DNA of 64,000 bases, from contig CDROCS010000122.1 in NCBI GenBank assembly GCA_977020255.1, positions 310,001-374,000 of the forward strand, given 5' to 3'. Positions within the stretch are counted from its first letter, which is position 1, and every line of letters begins with the position of its first letter. Shown here one piece after another: positions 57,993 to 64,000 of the stretch. This DNA is from Obrimoposthia wandeli. Its lineage: Eukaryota. A model generated the notes under the pieces. That model ran no database searches. It was not told the origin of the DNA and worked only from the letters and a program-made list of their open reading frames with translations. The position numbers and the translations under genes are program-made.

Positions 57993-58907
57993 ATGATGTG
58001 GTTTAAAAACATACTGACCTATCGCTTTACCCGTGAAATAGACTTAAACCCTGAACAGATTGAAAAACAGCTGGAAGAATTCCGCTTCACACCTTGTGGT
58101 AGCCAAGACATCCAGAAGTTTGGCTGGGTACACGCACTAGGTAAGCACGGTGATATGTTCACTCACGTCGTCGGTGACAACATTCTTGTTTGCGTACGTA
58201 AAGAAGAAAAAATGCTGCCTTCTTCTGTCATTAAGGAATCGCTTAATGCCAAAGTGGACATGCAAGAGAAAGAGCTAGGTCGTAAGCTAAAGAAAAGCGA
58301 AAAAGGCTCGATTAAAGATGACATCGTGATGGATCTTTTACCACGCGCATTCAGTCGTCATCAGCAAACCTACGCTCTTATCATGCCGAAACAAGGCTAC
58401 ATTGTGGTTGATGCGGGTAGCTACAAGAAAGCTGAAGATTTACTGGCGCTATTGCGTAAATCTATCGGTTCATTGCCTGTTGTACCCGTAACACCAGAAA
58501 AACCTGCTGAACTGACAATGACAGAGTGGGTACGTTCAAATACATCACCAACAGGCTTCACTATTGGTGAAGAAGCTGAATTTAAAGCCATTCTTGAAGA
58601 AGGTGGTGTTATTCGCTGTAAGCAACAAGATCTAAGCTGTGACGAAATTCTGGCACACATTGAAGCTGATAAACTGGTCACTAAGCTGGCACTGAATTGG
58701 CAAGATCGTATTGATTTCATTCTTGCAGATGATTTAAGCGTTAAACGTCTGAAATTTTCTGATGAAATTAAAGACCAAAACGAAGATATCGACCATGAAG
58801 ATATGGCTGCTCGTATGGATGCAGACTTATCACTTATGTGTGGTGAGTTCTCGGTATTTTTACCAAACGTCTTTGAAGTGTTGGGTGGGTTAGAAGAAAA
58901 AGGTTAA
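57993..58907 (+). CDS. rdgC: Recombination-associated protein RdgC
   Basis: [35 protein letters not shown]-like motif (IGSLPVVP); start moved to MMWFKN. Confidence 0.95.
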   Translation: MMWFKNILTYRFTREIDLNPEQIEKQLEEFRFTPCGSQDIQKFGWVHALGKHGDMFTHVVGDNILVCVRKEEKMLPSSVIKESLNAKVDMQEKELGRKLKKSEKGSIKDDIVMDLLPRAFSRHQQTYALIMPKQGYIVVDAGSYKKAEDLLALLRKSIGSLPVVPVTPEKPAELTMTEWVRSNTSPTGFTIGEEAEFKAILEEGGVIRCKQQDLSCDEILAHIEADKLVTKLALNWQDRIDFILADDLSVKRLKFSDEIKDQNEDIDHEDMAARMDADLSLMCGEFSVFLPNVFEVLGGLEEKG

Positions 58908-58933
58908 TCCTTCTCTATAACCAATCAAACATT

Positions 58934-58960
58934 AAAAAGAGCGCTTCGGCGCTCTTTTTT
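58934..58960. terminator. Terminator after rdgC
   Basis: AAAAAGAGCGC-TTCG-GCGCTCTTTTT. Confidence 0.88.
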
Positions 58961-59033
58961 ACATCTGTTATCCCCACTTGCCAGGTTTACCCTCTTTTTC
59001 CATACCAGAATAACCACTTTTTTTGCGTGATAA

Positions 59034-59071
59034 TTGCTATGAGGCACCGATCACAGTAAAATCCGCGCTCC
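59034..59071 (+). promoter_or_regulatory. Sigma70 promoter of trhP with a GC-rich discriminator
   Basis: TTGCTA-17 nt-TAAAAT-CCGCGCTCC. Confidence 0.65.
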
Positions 59072-59129
59072 TTCCGCATCACTAGGTGATTGCGGCCTGA
59101 TTTGCAATCAGACAATGAGAATTTGAGAT

Positions 59130-60536
59130 ATGTTTAAACCTGAATTGTTATCCCCTGCTGGCAGCCTTAAAAACATGCGTTACGCTTTTGCGTACGGTGC
59201 AGATGCCGTCTATGCTGGCCAACCTCGCTATAGCCTTCGTGTTCGTAACAATGAGTTCAATCACGAGAACCTTAAAATTGGTATCAACGAAGCACATGCG
59301 CAAGGTAAAAAGCTATACGTTGTATGTAACATTCAGCCACATAACTCAAAATTAAAGACTTTTATTCGCGATCTTAAACCTATCGTTGAAATGGGTCCAG
59401 ACGCCTTAATCATGTCTGATCCTGGTCTTATCATGATGGTACGTGAAAACTTTCCTGAAGTGGTTATTCACCTATCAGTACAAGCAAACGCCGTTAACTG
59501 GGCAACCGTTAAATTCTGGTCTACCCAAGGTGTTGAGCGTGTCATTCTTTCTCGTGAACTATCGCTAGAAGAAATCGAAGAAATTCGCGAAAACTGCCCT
59601 GAAACAGAACTAGAAATTTTTGTACATGGTGCACTTTGCATGGCTTACTCTGGCCGCTGTCTTCTATCTGGTTATATGAACAAACGTGACCCGAACCAAG
59701 GTACTTGTACTAACGCTTGTCGTTGGGAATACAAAGCAGAAGCAGCAAAAGAAGACGAAAACGGTCAAATTGTTGAAGCTAACCCAGCGAATACTGGTGT
59801 TAATGTTCAGGAAGTGGACGTTCAAGAAACTCGCCCTGACAACACTCTTGGTCTTGGTAAGCCAACAGACGAAGTGATTCTACTTTCTGAATCTCACCGT
59901 CCTGAAGAAAAAATGGCCGCTTTTGAAGATGAGCACGGCACTTACATTATGAACTCGAAAGACCTACGTGCTATCCAGCATGTTGAACGTCTAACGAAAA
60001 TGGGTGTGCACTCATTAAAAATTGAAGGTCGTACTAAATCTTTCTATTACTGTGCACGTACCGCTCAGGTATACCGTAAAGCAATTGATGATGCAGTAGC
60101 AGGCAAACCATTTGATGAAAGCCTTATGGGTACACTAGAAAGCCTTGCTCACCGTGGTTACACCGAAGGTTTCTTACGACGTCATACACATGATGCATAC
60201 CAGAACTACGAATACGGTTACTCAATTTCTGATTCTCAACAATTTGTGGGTGAGTTCACAGGTAAGCGACGTGGCGATCTTGCAGAAGTTGATGTGAAAA
60301 ATAAATTCTTGGTCGGCGACAGCCTTGAAATGATGACGCCGCAAGGCAACGTTGTTTTCACGCTTGAAATGATGGAAAACCGCAAGTCAGAAGCTGTTGA
60401 TGATGCAAAAGGTAATGGTCACTTCATGTTTATCCCTGTACCTGCAGATATGGACTTAGAATTCGGCCTACTCATGCGTAACCTAAGTAACGGTCAAGAC
60501 ACTCGAAGCCCTCACGGTTCTGTAGACGGTAAATAG
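59130..60536 (+). CDS. trhP: U32-family tRNA hydroxylation protein TrhP (YegQ)
   Basis: PELLSPAG, FVHGALCMAYSGRC, GTCTNACR, SLKIEGR. Confidence 0.92.
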   Translation: MFKPELLSPAGSLKNMRYAFAYGADAVYAGQPRYSLRVRNNEFNHENLKIGINEAHAQGKKLYVVCNIQPHNSKLKTFIRDLKPIVEMGPDALIMSDPGLIMMVRENFPEVVIHLSVQANAVNWATVKFWSTQGVERVILSRELSLEEIEEIRENCPETELEIFVHGALCMAYSGRCLLSGYMNKRDPNQGTCTNACRWEYKAEAAKEDENGQIVEANPANTGVNVQEVDVQETRPDNTLGLGKPTDEVILLSESHRPEEKMAAFEDEHGTYIMNSKDLRAIQHVERLTKMGVHSLKIEGRTKSFYYCARTAQVYRKAIDDAVAGKPFDESLMGTLESLAHRGYTEGFLRRHTHDAYQNYEYGYSISDSQQFVGEFTGKRRGDLAEVDVKNKFLVGDSLEMMTPQGNVVFTLEMMENRKSEAVDDAKGNGHFMFIPVPADMDLEFGLLMRNLSNGQDTRSPHGSVDGK

Positions 60537-60540
60537 TTCG

Positions 60541-60795
60541 ATGGCATTACTCATTAATGACAAGTGCATCAACTGCGATATGTGTGATCCTGAATGTCCA
60601 AACGAAGCGATCACCATGGGCGAAGAGTTCTATGAAATAGATCCCGCTCGTTGTACTGAATGTAAAGGCCATTACGACAAACCAACGTGTCAGTCTGTAT
60701 GCCCGATTTCAAAATGTATTATCATCGATCCTGATAATGTCGAAACCGACGATGAACTGCTTGAAAAGTTTGTCCGCTTGCAAGGTTTGGCATAA
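60541..60795 (+). CDS. yfhL: 2[4Fe-4S] ferredoxin YfhL
   Basis: CINCDMCDPECP and CTECKGHYDKPTCQSVCP; YfhL is a known TrhP partner. Confidence 0.92.
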   Translation: MALLINDKCINCDMCDPECPNEAITMGEEFYEIDPARCTECKGHYDKPTCQSVCPISKCIIIDPDNVETDDELLEKFVRLQGLA

Positions 60796-60797
60796 CG

Positions 60798-60824
60798 AAA
60801 AAAGCGCCTAAGGGCGCTTTTTTT
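60798..60824. terminator. Terminator after yfhL
   Basis: AAAAAAGCGCC-TAAG-GGCGCTTTTTT. Confidence 0.88.
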
Positions 60825-61007
60825 ATATCTACAATTCAAGCTTATACCATTCTGGATAAGTAAATGGTCAGATAATTGCGCAGGAAAAATTGATAATAAC
60901 AAGGCAGAAATTGAAGTAACTAGTTATTCTAATTATAAAATTTCTAACGTAGTTATAAGCAATTTAAACCAGCAAGAATGATCAGATACTTGTCTAGATT
61001 GGTATTA

Positions 61008-61841
61008 CTACTGAATTAATGCTAAACATTGAGGCGGGGTTATTTTTACCGGTTTCTTTTTCTTTGTTTCTTTTTTCTTGTTCTGCGCGGTTTGTTTTAC
61101 TTTCTTTTGTGGTTTCCAAGAGGCCAGTTCAGCCCCGCACCCATCCCCTGGAGGTGGTGGGTTTTGTGCCTTACAGCTAGTGCTGCCATCAGGGCAACTT
61201 AAACGCACATGAAAATGATAATAATGCCCCCACCAAGGGCGCACTTTTCTTAACCAATCACGGTTTTGCCATTCAGATTTACACAGTTGTTCTTTGATCA
61301 CCGGATGCACAAAAATACGCGCGACACGATCATCAGTTGCCGCTAATTGAATTAATAAAGCCTGCTTGTTACTCCAATTTTCATTATTAATTTTATAATT
61401 CTTAATATGCACCATCGGAAGGGGCTGCACTTCTACCAAACTTTCTTTTTCCAATGGCTCATCTGTCATCTTTAACCAAATATCAGCATCAAGCCCTGTT
61501 TGATGGCTAGCATGCCCCGATGAAAAGCGTCCACCCCGTGGCATTGATATATCGCCAACTAGCATATTCCCTAGACGTAATTTTTGCGCATCAGACGATA
61601 ATTCTTTTAAGAACTGGATCATCTCACTGTGGCCGTAATAACGACCTCGCTGTGAACGAATAACCTGATACCCTTCCCCTTCTAGCGGTAAAGTTTCACC
61701 GCCAGCAAGGCAACCATTACTGTATGAACCAATAGAGTTTGATACACCATTGCTCGGTACTTTTACTTTTTCCCAAAGTGTAGCAGAAGCAGATAAGCTG
61801 TAACTCATCAGCATGACAGCAAGAAGAAGTATTCTATTCAC
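61008..61841 (-). CDS. mepA: Penicillin-insensitive murein endopeptidase MepA
   Basis: IGSYSNGC, GDISMPRGG, HASHQTGLDADIW, HFHVRL; signal peptide. Confidence 0.92.
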   Translation of the reverse strand: MNRILLLAVMLMSYSLSASATLWEKVKVPSNGVSNSIGSYSNGCLAGGETLPLEGEGYQVIRSQRGRYYGHSEMIQFLKELSSDAQKLRLGNMLVGDISMPRGGRFSSGHASHQTGLDADIWLKMTDEPLEKESLVEVQPLPMVHIKNYKINNENWSNKQALLIQLAATDDRVARIFVHPVIKEQLCKSEWQNRDWLRKVRPWWGHYYHFHVRLSCPDGSTSCKAQNPPPPGDGCGAELASWKPQKKVKQTAQNKKKETKKKKPVKITPPQCLALIQ

Positions 61842-61967
61842 AGTACCATCCCAATATTGTTATTAAATCCATTATTGAAATCATAGCGCACTCTCACTGT
61901 TGCATAGCAATAAAAAAACAGCTCATAGGCTGCTTTTATTATTTATTAGCATCATCGATGAATGTTG

Positions 61968-62948
61968 CTACTTCATTTGCTGATCAAGATTTAATATTGT
62001 CAGCGCATTGCTCACACTGGTCGCGACAACATCAACAACGCCAGATCGTAATGCGCCTAACAACGCTAAGGCTTTACTATTTTCAGCAGCCGATACAACC
62101 ACTGTCGGTATATGTCGTAGCTCTTCCATACTCAAACCAATCACCCGATCACTCATCATTGTGTCAGCTTGGTTTCCTTGGCTATCAAAAAAATCATAAC
62201 CCGCAATATCGCCAACAACACCCTTTCGAATACGTGCTTCTACAATTTCTTGTGGCGTAAACCAACCCAGTTTAACCATGTGACTATTTTCATTCATATC
62301 ACCAACACCAACTAAAGCAACATCAGCTCGACGAGCACGGTCTAATGTTTCTTTTACCGTACCATTTTTCATGAAGGCTTCTTTTACTTTAATGTCTTCA
62401 ACATAAGCAGGCGCATATAAGGTTTCACTAATACCATCGTATTTCTTCGCCAGTAATCGACAAATATGATCAGCATTAATGGCATTACCAGAACGGTGAG
62501 TACCACCGATACCACTCACAAAGCGGCACTTCTTATGAGGTACAACGCCAACATGGCTAGCAATCGAAGCAATATTACGCCCCTGCCCAACCGTTACTAC
62601 CATTTCATCGGTTAAAATCGTGGCTAAATAACTAGAAACAAGACTAGCGACTTGTTGTCGTTGCGCTTCATCATCTGGCTGATCAAGTGCAATCAATGCG
62701 CGCTTTAGATTGAAACGTTCAATAAGCTGTTGTTCGAGTTTTTCGCTAAAAACAGGGTGGTATTTAACAGTAATTTCAACCACACCTTCTTCACGAGCAC
62801 GACGAAGCAAACGACCCACTTTGGCACGTGACATACCAAATTTTTTCGAGATCTCTTCTTGAGTCGCACCGTCTTGATAATAAGCGATAGCAATCTCGGT
62901 CAATAAGTCACTATCAACATGTGGGCTGTCATTGGTATTTGCACTCAT
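61968..62948 (-). CDS. SorC/DeoR-type sugar-binding transcriptional regulator
   Basis: N-terminal HTH (YYQDGATQEEISKKFGMSRAKVGRLL), sugar-binding domain (VGQGRN, ALVGVG, LLGALR). Confidence 0.88.
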   Translation of the reverse strand: MSANTNDSPHVDSDLLTEIAIAYYQDGATQEEISKKFGMSRAKVGRLLRRAREEGVVEITVKYHPVFSEKLEQQLIERFNLKRALIALDQPDDEAQRQQVASLVSSYLATILTDEMVVTVGQGRNIASIASHVGVVPHKKCRFVSGIGGTHRSGNAINADHICRLLAKKYDGISETLYAPAYVEDIKVKEAFMKNGTVKETLDRARRADVALVGVGDMNENSHMVKLGWFTPQEIVEARIRKGVVGDIAGYDFFDSQGNQADTMMSDRVIGLSMEELRHIPTVVVSAAENSKALALLGALRSGVVDVVATSVSNALTILNLDQQMK

Positions 62949-63124
62949 CGTACTATTCTTCCTAACTGCTATTTAGCGCATTCATTACCGACAATATTAC
63001 TATATGCGTGCCGTTAAATGGATAGTAAAGCTATGTTTTATCAAGTTGGATAGATAACGGTCATAAATTACGCAGGAAAAATAGATAAGTGAACCGCAAC
63101 TTATTTAGGTTGGTATAAAAAGCC

Positions 63125-63204
63125 CAGACGAAAAAAAGCCCTAATCTTTCCTGCTCCACCTTAAAGAGGGGGCTTCTTCAATAATGGCGACGTTAACGAG
63201 ACTT
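63125..63204 (-). repeat. Degenerate duplicate of the tRNA-Asp 3' end plus terminator
   Basis: GGGCTTCTTCAATAATGGCG at 63170-63189 and 63254-63273; AAAAAAGCCCTAATCTTT at 63132-63149 and 63230-63247. Confidence 0.8.
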
Positions 63205-63229
63205 TCTAATTTTCATTTTCTACAGACGT

Positions 63230-63259
63230 AAAAAAGCCCTAATCTTTAGATTAGGGCTT
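63230..63259 (-). terminator. rRNA operon / tRNA-Asp terminator
   Basis: AAGCCCTAATC-loop-GATTAGGGCTT with a T run on the minus strand. Confidence 0.85.
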
Positions 63260-63268
63260 CTTCAATAA

Positions 63269-63345
63269 TGGCGGAGTGGACGGGACTCGAACCCGCGACC
63301 CCCGGCGTGACAGGCCGGTATTCTAACCAACTGAACTACCACTCC
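63269..63345 (-). tRNA. tRNA-Asp(GTC)
   Basis: GGAGTGG/CCACTCC acceptor stem, CCGGC-CTGTCAC-GCCGG anticodon arm, GGTTCGA T-loop, encoded CCA; 77 nt. Confidence 0.98.
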
Positions 63346-63377
63346 GCAGTGTCTATTCAGCATTTAAGCAATAGGGA

Positions 63378-63494
63378 ACTTGGCAATGACCTACTCTCAC
63401 ATGGGGAGACCCCACACTACCATCGGCGCAACTATATTTCACTTCTGAGTTCGGCATGGGATCAGGTGGTTCTATAGTGCTATTGTCGCCAAGT
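63378..63494 (-). rRNA. rrf: 5S rRNA, distal divergent copy
   Basis: CCCATGCCGAACTCAGAAGTGAAA and GATGGTAGTGTGGGG cores; helices I and II pair fully. Confidence 0.95.
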
Positions 63495-63545
63495 AAATTC
63501 TTTTACACAGTTCACGTTATTAACAACACAAACTTAAAATTGGGC

Positions 63546-63662
63546 GCCTGGCGATGCCCTACTCTCACATGGGGAGACCCCACACTACCATCGGCGCAAC
63601 TGCGTTTCACTTCTGAGTTCGGCATGGGATCAGGTGGAGCCACAGCGCTATGGTCGCCAGAC
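63546..63662 (-). rRNA. rrf: 5S rRNA, proximal copy
   Basis: GTCTGGCGACCATAGC...CATCGCCAGGC with canonical 5S cores. Confidence 0.97.
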
Positions 63663-63665
63663 AAA

Positions 63666-63821
63666 TTCTTTTCTCTCTCTTCCGTTTGCTAGAAATACAC
63701 GCTAACCGCATTGCCTGCCTCTCTCATTCAGTTATGTACTTCGTACACGCCTTCACTCGAATCGTTGGCGGCTTTGCTAGCCTGTTTTCTATCTGCACTA
63801 CCCGTGCACAACAGAAAAGAA
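63666..63821. repeat. ERIC/IRU-like imperfect palindrome in the 23S-5S spacer
   Basis: Nested inverted arms TTCTTTTCT/AGAAAAGAA and TAGAAA..GCC/GGC..TTTCTA, apex TGTAC-TTC-GTACA. Confidence 0.55.
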
Positions 63822-63903
63822 ATAATCTGGGAAAGTTAACTAGTATCTCAATACACTTCATTCAAGTGTTCGTGGAGTCCGTAAAAAACCCCTTGGGTGT
63901 TGT

Positions 63904-64000
63904 ATGGTTAAGCCTCACGGGCAATTAGTACAGGTTAGCTCAATGCCTCGCAGCACTTACACACCCTGCCTATCAACGTCGTAGTCTTCAACAACCCTTT
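63904..64000 (-). rRNA. rrl: 23S rRNA 3' end (partial)
   Basis: GGTTAAGCCTCACGGGCAATTAGTACAGGTTAGCTCAA is the reverse complement of the conserved 23S 3' terminus. Confidence 0.97.

Noticed and set aside
59130-60795. U32 peptidase-ferredoxin pair as a new system
   Set aside because: Matches the established TrhP-YfhL tRNA hydroxylation pathway
63268-63928. Three ORFs called over the tRNA/5S/spacer region
   Set aside because: They overlap structural RNA genes

Overview
Core-chromosome window from a Vibrionaceae-type gammaproteobacterium (Photobacterium-like, inferred from gene order and sequence style; not verified). Most genes are on the minus strand. In order: an AlaX-like editing gene; the rlmN-pilF-rodZ-ispG-hisS-yfgM-bamB-der cluster; ndk; two tandem pepB paralogues; the iscR-iscSUA-hscBA-fdx-iscX operon; trmJ/suhB; queA-tgt-yajC-secD-secF; a GlyGly-CTERM trypsin-like protease; CBS/acpH; aceBA; oxyR/ahpC; cutC; a lipoprotein alpha/beta hydrolase; a phosphate/polyphosphate block (ppk2, phoU-pstBAC, ACT-domain gene, ppk1-ppx, pstS, phoRB); sbcCD; rdgC; trhP-yfhL; mepA; a SorC-type regulator; and the 3' end of an rRNA operon (23S end, two 5S genes, tRNA-Asp). 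I saw no prophage, integrase, transposase or CRISPR array, and no clearly new multi-gene system. The best leads are small-scale: (1) a second 5S rRNA that differs from its neighbour at 16 of 117 positions, with all 12 helix I/II changes preserving pairing; (2) a SuhB with substituted metal-binding residues but an intact boxA leader; (3) a TA-ended MITE-like element present in three deletion states; (4) a ~156-nt palindromic insertion in the 23S-5S spacer; (5) a decayed duplicate of the tRNA-Asp 3' end plus terminator; (6) an ACT-domain gene directly upstream of ppk1-ppx. All alignments and counts were done by eye.
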